A stretch of DNA of 64,000 bases from an uncultured virus (IMG/VR IMGVR_UViG_3300042945_003839) (taxonomy: Duplodnaviria; Heunggongvirae; Uroviricota; Caudoviricetes). Positions 40,401 through 50,000 of this stretch are shown here, one piece after another. The notes under the pieces are model-generated. The model made no database searches. It was not told the origin of the DNA and saw only the letters and a program-made list of their open reading frames with translations. Location of the stretch: IMG/VR virus record IMGVR_UViG_3300042945_003839; one strand, 5' to 3'. How positions within the stretch are numbered: position 1 is the stretch's first letter; each line of letters begins with the position of its first letter. The translations under genes and the position numbers were made by a program.

Positions 40401-42585
40401 TATCAGAAAATCTTGGATCATTGACATGATGATGCCATGATCCAAAATTATGACCATTATTCAGACATACAGAAGATGAACCACTATCCAAATAAGCATA
40501 ATCAATAAAATCATGTACAGCCAATACATTAGGTTCATCTATGTATATAATTCTAGGATTAGGAACAACGCTCAAAGAGCTATCTACTCTCCTGTTGTGC
40601 TGTCTATATTTGAATCTTTGAATAAATCTTTTTACCCAAAGAGAACATTCGAAAGTTCCATTTTTTGCATACAAATTTTTAAGTCTATTAATAGGCGAAC
40701 GCTCTAATTCAAGTTCCCTATCAAAATAAGGCCTGATCTGATCAAGGGAGTTTGTAAATAGCCTGCACCAACCTTCAGCCAAAACATCATTAAGATCATC
40801 TTTTGTACACTCGTGATCAAAAAGATCACCCCAGTTTTCCAATTTAATTGCTATATTTTTTGTGTTTTGAAAATTAATGCTTGCACGATCCACTCCTGTA
40901 TAAGAGGACTGATATTGCAATATCAAATCAAAAGCAGCATCTGCGCATTTTTCTGGACCATACGTCCCATAAGGACTAGAAGAATTTACTTTAACTATGT
41001 CTGCTGAGTTTTGCACAGTCCAACTATTTAAAACTGCGTCAATCATAGAAATATCTATGCATTCCCCTGAACGATCAGTAAACCACCAAGAAGGGATGTA
41101 AGAACGAATGACACTTTCATCTAAACTTTTTATACTCTTTGAGCAATTCACTTTTATAACAGGAACAATTGCTGGATCTTCTTTTGCAGAAGACCTTAAA
41201 TATGCGTTTGAAGTACTTACTGCACCATTTGAATTTCTTGTCTCTCCTGCAGATTCACTAAAAAAGAACATAGATTGACCAAAACTTCTGACGTTTGACT
41301 GATTTTCTGCATATTCAATAGCTTGATTTATTTTTGAAAACTGATTAGAAATTGATTCAACATTTAAAGAGCTACCGTCAACAGAATAAGACAGTTCAAT
41401 TCCAGGAATAATTCCAGTGTCATCTACATATTCTCTTAATAAATCAGATGAATATGAATTTAATTCTTCAGACTTAAATGAGCCGTGTATCTCGGACCCT
41501 TTGTCAAACATGCGAAGACCGCTAAATAATCTAAACAGATTTGTACTGCCGAATCCAACAGGGTTGGTAAAATTGGAAATAATTTTGAACCTTGAGTATT
41601 CTTCACTATTCAATAAATCTCCATTTATATTTGGCACATTGACATGCATAAAATAAGATTCATACAATTTCCACATAGCCTTATTGATATTTGTAAAATT
41701 TACTAGATTATTCAATAATGATAGTTTGCAATTGCTCAACCCTATACCAGACACGCCACTACTCAAATAATTTCCACAGTTGTATTCAAACCATCTTCTA
41801 TGTTCTGGAATATCAATATTAAAATCTTGCTCTACATTTACAAACTCATTTACAGGCAAATTTAGCACATCAGTATTTACAGAACCACTAGTATATATTA
41901 CTTTGGAACCCATCTCAATATGAACATCAACAGACTCATGACGACTTCTAATCCAATAAGAAAGATGTCCAACAAATGCTTCAAAAAAACTCGTATACAA
42001 CTGATCATCAAGCCTGAGATTACTTGCGTCAAAAGGTAAATTACGTTCTTCACAAACCCCGGCTTCCTCTCGGCGTGTAATAAAATAATAAGACTGCAAA
42101 TTATCAAAAGTGTTTCTGATATTACTTGATAAATTCCCGGTAGATGGATCTAAATAGCATCCTGATGGAGATTGTATAGAAAATCTTCTAAAACCAGCAT
42201 CATATAATTTAGTTAAATAAATATTAAAAAATTTGTAAAAACCATTAGCTCCATAAAAAGCAGATCCTAAACATCTTCCTCGTGCAATATTACAAAGATC
42301 TTCTACATTATCTACACAATTTGCAACCCCCATATTTGACAATACTATGTTTATATCTAAGCCATCTACTTTTCCGTCAAGATTTAAATCTGCAGGATGA
42401 CCAGGATTTTCACCCCAGTTGCTTTGAACTATAGCTAAATCAGCATTGTCCACTACACCATCTCTATTCAAATCTGGACACGGCACGTATTCTAAAGAAT
42501 TTACAGTAACAAAAGACATAGGATCGCAAACTATACGAGCTATAGGACGACGATCTATTCTAAATAGTGATTTTACTATTGGCAT
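37459..42585 (-). CDS. Dockerin-repeat virion protein (1708 aa): N-terminal dockerin, large central region, two tandem dockerins with poly-Ser linkers, C-terminal tail-protein-like domain
   Basis: CPDLNRDGVVDNADLAIVQSNWG..ADLNLDGKVDGLDINIVLSNMG; 2x GDWDL(D/N)G..GSDLGPLLGCFG..FDFDGDGVIGGNDLGVLLGMW; C-terminal SIDGEIIKI..ERSVGGT, VFDNNF..QYRCLAIRN..IYLWIKREVP. Confidence 0.82.
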   Translation of the reverse strand: MPIVKSLFRIDRRPIARIVCDPMSFVTVNSLEYVPCPDLNRDGVVDNADLAIVQSNWGENPGHPADLNLDGKVDGLDINIVLSNMGVANCVDNVEDLCNIARGRCLGSAFYGANGFYKFFNIYLTKLYDAGFRRFSIQSPSGCYLDPSTGNLSSNIRNTFDNLQSYYFITRREEAGVCEERNLPFDASNLRLDDQLYTSFFEAFVGHLSYWIRSRHESVDVHIEMGSKVIYTSGSVNTDVLNLPVNEFVNVEQDFNIDIPEHRRWFEYNCGNYLSSGVSGIGLSNCKLSLLNNLVNFTNINKAMWKLYESYFMHVNVPNINGDLLNSEEYSRFKIISNFTNPVGFGSTNLFRLFSGLRMFDKGSEIHGSFKSEELNSYSSDLLREYVDDTGIIPGIELSYSVDGSSLNVESISNQFSKINQAIEYAENQSNVRSFGQSMFFFSESAGETRNSNGAVSTSNAYLRSSAKEDPAIVPVIKVNCSKSIKSLDESVIRSYIPSWWFTDRSGECIDISMIDAVLNSWTVQNSADIVKVNSSSPYGTYGPEKCADAAFDLILQYQSSYTGVDRASINFQNTKNIAIKLENWGDLFDHECTKDDLNDVLAEGWCRLFTNSLDQIRPYFDRELELERSPINRLKNLYAKNGTFECSLWVKRFIQRFKYRQHNRRVDSSLSVVPNPRIIYIDEPNVLAVHDFIDYAYLDSGSSSVCLNNGHNFGSWHHHVNDPRFSDKEVGFKWRDVSNLKDAYMIADQSSEFKVKRASSDSDNLLGDILISDYSKKIESYAYSDQSNAAIEKWLQILIDEVVSRRVYESMGMHVENAFSLGRYAQRGFTCGISDSLSACNIQAPFYYFVNRWQYYNGKHNFNIPKSTSVQVHHICPTSVAVDDGINQAAFDWSPDFKNTKVRFESLEYILTYDNNQPEHGNFGWRPMYSKDPDGRGIFSYGSGPIDGNPEDGIIYGDVHRSNMQMLLQKNHAKYLSYLLSTIYTLNSSASFYQKTKVVFTHGINNNSLNVSLAANIKSLGNLQTGALTASADKIFDIEFLDGYSFDFRSFVSSWYRILQKISRENIYDQFIFIHKHRQQGVSDWQDLSTGIQNALVYQEPPGSSSSSSSSSFMMGDWDLDGVIGGSDLGPLLGCFGTSDPQCLRVFDFDGDGVIGGNDLGVLLGMWTVASSSSSSSFMMGDWDLNGIINGSDLGPLLGCFGSSDPQCLRVFDFDGDGVIGGNDLGVLLGMWTVTSSSSSSSSSSSSINLDDYTGVMAVRVNENGIYNITGSALNNFNWKIYVSVRDNNSYLHCVLLDSSGGVQSVLFDILINNKFVGDIVKEIDGIAGFHAEVLNNADLSISDGIYFDPMKVYTENDFAIGYLENPTTNFTGFDNPFLLLSLEGTTNDYALIGSQVKQNFGKYPSYKAIVPSAKLSSVIGGSSGFLTVEDPLNILATFNHVSIDGEIIKINEWNNGVAEIVERSVGGTVKRFHPSGSSVFGVGDNDVFDNNFYLDSNGKYIYQYRCLAIRNIYKNLSIVNPSIVMENNYNPGLTNLSFGFEIPAHKYVVLSSSVGSGTRVVNIETENLQNYSYNGNLSSYTDSLMRFSNSSGSVYYRKIVSINSNFIELDKDLPSPVNQFVSVEILPGQASNSHQGKMSPVVSSRFSGFYNVGELNNLSVPLVGNNLTRSISYNNIIYLWIKREVPKDVRMNLQNTLPIKFKFTIK
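38843..38875. repeat. 9-bp tandem repeat (GAACTACTA x3 plus partial) encoding a poly-Ser linker
   Basis: gaactacta at 38843-38851, 38852-38860 and 38861-38869, then gaacta. Related gaactgcta units occur at about 39056 and 39251. Confidence 0.9.
38875..39264. repeat. Tandem 195-bp direct duplication (two 65-aa dockerin + Ser-linker units)
   Basis: gtccacat at 38885 and 39080 gives a 195-bp period. I counted about 17 mismatches by hand (about 91% identity), mostly synonymous. Confidence 0.92.
42328..42480 (-). other. Dockerin-type domain (two DxNxDGxxDxxD Ca-binding loops) at the N-terminus of the 1708-aa protein
   Basis: DLNRDGVVDNADL...DLNLDGKVDGLDI, each followed by a short helix ending WG or MG. 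Confidence 0.8.
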
Positions 42586-42588
42586 ATT

Positions 42589-44094
42589 TTAAATGGTTAT
42601 TTCTACAGTATTAATATTTTGATCTTTGTATATAAATACTTTTTCGGAACTATTTGTTAATATAAAAACAGAATTAAATTGACCTTTTGAAAAACCTAAA
42701 ATTGAAATGTTAACATTAGATATTAGTTGCAGAGACTGATTAAATAATCTGTAAATTTCTCCATTAATGCATCCCAATAGAATGCCTCCGTCTTCAGAAT
42801 CTATCATGGCAGATATCTCAGTATCTGGGGATAAAAGACTCACTACAGGAACCAAGCCATTAGACTCAATTGCTACTAATTCCAATAGTCTATTCTGATT
42901 GAACTTACTACCATATAGTTTACCACCAACATATGATAATACATTGATTAAACCTACAAAAGAACTTACAAAATTAATTTTGCCATCTAATATCTTTAAA
43001 ACTTGAGTAAATTGACCATCATAAATACAGACGTACAACGTGTCTTGTGTTTTTGCCCAAGAAGTAATTTTAAAACCGTTTCTATTATAAAATTTTCTAA
43101 ATTTATTACCAACTTTAATTAAACTTGCATCTGCGTCATTAGCTCTATTTCCAGCTATGTCTTCTACAAGGCTTGTTATGACAAATCTTGCATCTTGGTC
43201 AGAAAGTTGTAAAAAGTTGTTTTTTTGATAAAATCTAGGTTCACTATCAGATTTTTCTTCCAAACTACCATCATTTTTTCTTATATTTTCAATAAGTTTA
43301 AAACCATGTATGCCAGACACGTCGTCGTAAGCGAATAATTCTAAACCAACGGTTCTATCTCTGACAAAACCATTATTAGAACTTATTTTTAAAGCTACTT
43401 CTGGTCCATCAGTATCGATAATAACATATCCCTGATTTTCAACCGCAAAAGGTCCAATAGAAGTTTGTGGCCCTTTTCTTCCAAAATCATCACTATAAAA
43501 TCCGTATATAAAATAGTCTTGTCCAGGATTTAGTTGGGAAGTATTCCATATCACCTGAGAGGTAGAGCCAGATACCCTTTCCACTATAGGTGCATATGAA
43601 ATATCATTTGACTGACTAGAATAATACAAATTAATTCTATATCGGTTAAGCTTTAAAGAATCTTCAGATATCATAGAGTTTTGCAGCTGTATATCTATTT
43701 GAGATCCATATATTTTACCAGACACAGGATTAGATATAGATATTTTTGGCAAAGGTTTTGGCAGAATGGAAAACACTCCACTTGCAGAGTATTCAGAATA
43801 CTGTCCGCTTTGATTTACAGATCTAATACCAATAAAAATTTCTGCCCCAAATAAATACTCTGGTATTACCCAATTGTATTTATTAACAGAAGATGGGACT
43901 CTGGAAATTCTTTTCCAATCTTTTGTAGAATAAGATATAACGTCTGATGTTCTATAGTAAATTTCATAATAGTAAACAGGATCAAATTGACCGATAGTAA
44001 CATTAGGAGATTTCCACTTAACTTCTACAATTTTTGTAGATATTTTTTCAGATCCCAATGGATATTCAATAACTGGAATTCCTGGCAATGACAT
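42589..44094 (-). CDS. FN3/Ig-like plus beta-propeller structural protein (501 aa)
   Basis: VEVKWKSP..YYYEIYY..WKRI..YNWVIP..GIRSVNQSG. IIDTDGPEV..VEDIAGN resembles ILDRTPPNG..IDNAGN of the 2807-aa protein. TAATG at 44094. Confidence 0.75.
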   Translation of the reverse strand: MSLPGIPVIEYPLGSEKISTKIVEVKWKSPNVTIGQFDPVYYYEIYYRTSDVISYSTKDWKRISRVPSSVNKYNWVIPEYLFGAEIFIGIRSVNQSGQYSEYSASGVFSILPKPLPKISISNPVSGKIYGSQIDIQLQNSMISEDSLKLNRYRINLYYSSQSNDISYAPIVERVSGSTSQVIWNTSQLNPGQDYFIYGFYSDDFGRKGPQTSIGPFAVENQGYVIIDTDGPEVALKISSNNGFVRDRTVGLELFAYDDVSGIHGFKLIENIRKNDGSLEEKSDSEPRFYQKNNFLQLSDQDARFVITSLVEDIAGNRANDADASLIKVGNKFRKFYNRNGFKITSWAKTQDTLYVCIYDGQFTQVLKILDGKINFVSSFVGLINVLSYVGGKLYGSKFNQNRLLELVAIESNGLVPVVSLLSPDTEISAMIDSEDGGILLGCINGEIYRLFNQSLQLISNVNISILGFSKGQFNSVFILTNSSEKVFIYKDQNINTVEITI

Positions 44095-47000
44095 TAGAAT
44101 AATCTCCTAGAACCAAATGCATTTCTCTTATCTGTATTGACGTACCTTTCAATAAATGCATTTTGATCAATTACTTCGGCATACGAGCGATCCAATCCTG
44201 GATCACTTAACAGCCTCAGCGTATTTATAAACTTTTTGACAAAAGGATTCAAACATTCTGAAGGCACATCTATAAATATAAAACCTAATCCATCTTTATC
44301 TGTTGCGCCATTATTTTTCTTTATTTTAAAAGTTGCATAATACACGCCATCACTGTTTGCCACAGGATTAAGCACAGAACGATAAACGCGACTACCTTGC
44401 TGATAAAGATAAGCTTTCATAGAACCAGAATCTTTTCTTCTATCAGCATACGAGGCTATTTGATTAAGTGCATTAAGTCTAGATATTCTCTGAGAGTCTT
44501 CAAAAGTTACCTGCACGTACAAATCTACTTCTGTGGATTCTGATAAATCAATAGTTCTTAAATCTTCAAGAGATAAAGTAATTGCTGTTTGATTATTTTC
44601 AGCAGATTTATACCATGTTTTCCTGTTCACAACAGGAATGCCCTTATACTTAATTGGCTTGAAAAGCTTTTCAGTCTTTCCAGATTCTACGTAGAAAACT
44701 TCTACCACATAAGACATAGATGAATATTCTGCAATAATGTCTAAGCAGAATTGTTGAGTTTTTCCAAATTGTGTCAAAACCTCAAGACAAACTCTTTTGA
44801 CTCCATCACCCTTACTAAGCACCCAGGGGGCAATAAATATATCATTTGCTATCCATTTGCCCTTAAACGCTTCTCTAAATTTAGAAGCATCTTCTGATAT
44901 CTCTTTTCCAACACTATCTAATGGCTGGATTGCCATACCTATTGGAATCCAATCAGTAAAATCAGATTCTGATTCATTTTTAATCCTAAAGGCCATCGCT
45001 CCAGGAATCCCTATTACTTCTAAATCAATAAAACAATCATTAACTACTGGAGCAGAATCAGATGAGGCAATAGACTTGTACGATTTAACAAAACGCTCTG
45101 CAACCCTAGCCTGCATAAATTCTCCGCCATCAAAAGCGGTAGCATACCTCGTGACATCGGTCAACGTAAATGAGCATGCTTTAGTATTAGCGGATTCTTC
45201 TATAATGTTTGGCGTAATTTTTGATCCAACACTTAAGTATCTTTTAATAATCTTATTATAACCAACATTAGCAAAAATAGAGAAATTTCCAAAATCATCA
45301 GCAGCAACATGAGGCATTCTGCAATCCAATATGTTTTTATCAGTAGCATTTGAATTATTCACCAAAAGCCTGTCAATTCCACCATGATAAGCAGACTCAA
45401 TAATGTCTCTGTTGGTGTCAAAGAAACCGCAGTATAAATCTACTTGCTGTATATTTTTATTGATGATACCATAAGAGTTTTGAGAACTTCTACTGTCTTC
45501 CCAAACAATCGCAAACAATCCATCTTTTCCGCCGACCACGCTTGGATGACCTATGTAGTAATTAGACATTGCGATAATTGTATTGTTAGAACCATTCAAC
45601 GGACTACGCCACTCAAAAGCATCTTCTTTATATGAAAGTTCTTCTCTGCAAGGACATAGCAGAGAGCTTCGGAAGATTTCTGAAGCATTACCATCTACTA
45701 TAGACTCAGCTATTATGTAATATCTAACTCCGCATATTAGTGATGATCTTGACAAGTTAAAATAATTACCATAGCCAGCTACTCTTGACTGCTCATTAAC
45801 TGAATTTTGATCAACTGGAATTTGAAAATTCTGAACGTCTATAGTAGGTGGGGAAAAATTAACAGCAATATTTGAACTAGGAGCAATCCCTAATCCAGCA
45901 GTTGGGTAAACATCATTACCACTTGACCACATTCTTGGATCAGACAGGGAGCTAAATACCATCAAAGAGTCAGTATAGTTAGAGTCTGCAAATACTGAAA
46001 CTTTAAAATGAACATTCTTAACTTCTGTAGAATCGTTCTTGTAAGACATATTTATCTTACAAGAATTAATAATAGGACTTGAACAAAAATAGGTTGTCGT
46101 TATTTGGCCAGTTGCACTTCCAGTGTTTGATACTATTATTCTAAGACTGCCGTATGGTCTTGCATTTGCGCTCAAACCTGCAGCCAAAGGACCTACACTT
46201 CCAAAAGTTTCATCTACTCTATCAAAAACCCCAACATCGGAAGGAGCGACTAAAAGGCCACTGACACTAACTTCTTTTACGTCTACTGAAACAATAGTAT
46301 CGCCTGTAGTCAGTACAGCGCTGCCAGGCTTAGTAGAGGTTACTCCACCAGGAATTGAAGGCCAAGAAGTTCTTCTTGGCTGCCTAAATCTCAGGCTCAA
46401 AGACTTACGATCTTCACTTAGCCTTATATATTCACCTTGATAAAATTGAAAATTAGAAACCAAACCTTTTCTTTGTATAACAATTGGCCTAGAAGCATCA
46501 TTAAAATAATTGTCAGTTGCAGCGAGATTTGCAGAATCAACTATAACAGCAACAATAGGAGCACTGAATGTTAAAGTTCCCTCAACAACGTTATTGGTAG
46601 TCAGTCCGTCATCTCCAAGAAGAAGTAAAAAGCTTTTTACATAATCTCCAGCACTGAAGCCAGGAAGACTATCAATCCCAGTTGGGAATATAAAATTAGT
46701 ATCTTTTGAAGAACCAATAGACTCAAAATAACTAGCTTTTTGCTCAGAAACACTAACAGGAGCATTTATGGCAGCCTCATCAAAAACTAAAAATTCATTT
46801 ATAAAATCAACCGCTGGTGGAGATTTGATTTCTATGGGATATGAGCGAGTAGGAATGTCCCACCAACCATAGCCTCTCCCCTCAGTAATACTAGGAGCTT
46901 TATATGTGATAAACACTTCTTCTTGTTCATTTTCAATGCTATATCCTATATCAACCTTAAGAACTTTGTTGAACACATCATCATTTGCGTCTGGAACATA

Positions 47001-50000
47001 AGACAAGGCTATAGTTTCACCCTGAGCGATTACTTGACCATTAAATGGCATATTTTTACCATTAATAAACCATTTGCCAGATTCAGATCTAGAAGAAGCG
47101 GTTTTGTAAATTATATTTTCATTAATATAATCCTTAAACTTTATATTAAAAAAGTAATTCCCAAATTCAGGTGCAGTAAATGAGACTTCGACCTTACATG
47201 ACATAAGTGACTTTTCAACATTATATGGATCGTAAGGATCTGGGTCGATACCGAGCTCTCTGCTGGACTTAACTATTTTATCAATATCGCATTCAGAAAC
47301 ATAGTCAGGATGCAAGACATGAGATGCACATTCAATAAAATGCTTTTCATTTTTTATCGACTCCCATACTACGATTCTTTTTCCGCTTGAGTCAGAAGAA
47401 ACGGCTGGATTTATACCGGAATATGATCTTTCTGAAAGATATACTTTGTCAGTAAAAGATCTATTCAACCAAATATTTGATGTTAATGCAACACCCCATG
47501 GTCCCCTACCATTGTCCTCCCAAACGATACTTAACTTATCAAATCTATCGACTATGCAAGATGGAGACTTCTGAAGATCACCATTATTCCAAGAAATTGG
47601 TACACCACTTATTGATGCAAGATACGGAAGTCCATATGAAGTAAGCAACTCATTATTAGAAGTCATACCCAACAATCTGAAGTTTTCTACATCAGCTTCT
47701 TCTTCCACTAAATTTGAAACTGGATATACGTCAACACCGCTTACCAACAAACCACCAGATATAAAATCTAAATCTGTTTTGTATATTGATGAAACATTTG
47801 ATGGAGCATCTACATCAGAGGGGTCAGACGGGCAATATGATATACCATATGAATATATTTTGCCATCAACACCTAATAGTAATGCATTTTTTATACCTTT
47901 TTTCACAGCAACACAAGGTACGCTTGGAGAAGAATGAGTGCCTTCTCTTCCTGTTGGAGTAAATGCAGTCGCGTAAGGCCCCCAAGCAACGACGTTTCCA
48001 TTAACGTCAATGCCAACATTAAATGGATTTGTAGTAGTTAAAACAGAAGATCCAGGAGTGCTAGATGCATATGTGTTCAAATTATAAACATCGCCACCAC
48101 ATGCAGCAACGTCAATTAATTTTGTTTGTGGATCTGTAATCCTTATAGAAGCACTATATGCAATACCTACATTCTTGCCCCAGGACACAGGATAGCCATC
48201 AAATCCTATTGCAACTGCATGATCAGAACCAGCATCTATCTTTACGAACTTTCCAGATGGCTTATTTGTTACTTGATTATGATTATCTCTACCCCAAACA
48301 GCAATTTCTCCATTCTCTTTTAAGCCCACAGTAAAATATTTACCAGCTTTTATTTGAACAAATTTTACACCCGATGGCTGCCCGCTAACCTGACCATAAG
48401 TGTCATCACCCCAGCATGTAACAGTGCCATCTTTCTTTAATGCACAACCGTGAGTCCATCCAATTGAAACATTAACATAATTAGAATCTGCTGGCAAGTT
48501 GGCCTGATACATAAAAGAAGGTATATCAGTTTCAGAACCATCATAAGTAAAAGTGACCAGATCGCCGTCAGATGTTACAGCAATAGCAGAATCATTTTGA
48601 TTTACAGTGGTATTAAAATGTAAAGAAGAATCAACTGCAACTATCTTCAAAGGATCATCAGGATTGAGCAGATTAGCTTCTGAACTGATTCCTCCACTTA
48701 AATTGTAGCCTCTATAAAGACCAAGAACTCCATCTTGATCAATATAAAATACTGAATCTCCATATGTACTTCCGTTTGTGTGGTCAATTGGACCCGTAAA
48801 ATTATCTATCCATCCAGTTCCGTTGTAACTAATGTAAAAGTGAGCAAAAGAACTACTCAAATTATCTGAAACGTTTCTAATATTAACGTTAAAATTAGAG
48901 GAAGACGGAATAAAATCGGATCTAAATGTTTTGTAATCTAGGGCAGACAAAGAACTTGCAAATCTTCCAGAAACTACAGGATGTCTATACGCAAAAACAT
49001 CTGCATCACATTGTACAAGTATGGTTTTTACTAGTCTTGGCAAATTTTCAGGCAACTGCCTTAGCCCTGTTGTAATATAAATTTTGTGAGACTCATTAGG
49101 ATATAAGGTTCCAGTAACTTGAGACAGACCTCCACCACTACCAGTCGATATTCTACCTCTTCTTGTTTTTATCTGCGGATACAGCCTGTAAGAAAGATTT
49201 ATAATATCTTGACTATATGGAACACAAGACTCCAGCAATATAGACCTAAATCCACTAGCAGATTTAGCATAACTTCCAACATAGACACATCCACCGCTCT
49301 CTGCAGACCACTGATCTACAAGAAGACTAGAATCTTCGAGACACACCCAATCACCAGGATCTATTAGCGACTCTGAAAATATTTCATTTTTTGTGTTTGA
49401 ATCAGAATTTGGAACAGGTTTTACTAATGAAGGCGAAGAGTATGTGTAGGAAGATACTTCTGAAGCCCCACTTGCTATAACCATGCGTGGACTGCCAACT
49501 CTAATATTATTAAAGTTAAGCTCCCAATTAGTAGCAGAAATAAAATCTAAGAAACTAGAGTTTCCATTTCTGCACACAGGATAAGAACCAAATGGAGAGC
49601 CAAAGCAAATATCCCATTGTCTATTTTTATCACTTAAATCTACTTGAGCATTGTGAGACAATATCGGCCTATCATCAACAAATACGTTACACATTAAATG
49701 ATAATTTAATTTATATTCAGATGATTGATAAAAAGCTTCATTTGATATATGAGACCATTTATTGATTAAAAGCTTATCAGTTTTGCCAAGACGAAGATAA
49801 TTAGCATCTAACTGCAATTTAAAATTACTCGATATGTCAATGTTGGCATAATCGGATATAACAAACACTGTTCCTAAAGCAAAAGAAGTTGCCTTACCCG
49901 CTGAAGAAGCTCCATTAATAATTAAACAAGCTTTTGCATATCCCGTGTATACATCCTTAATCACGGCTTCTCTATAACCAGCAACAGATCCAGTTCTTAT

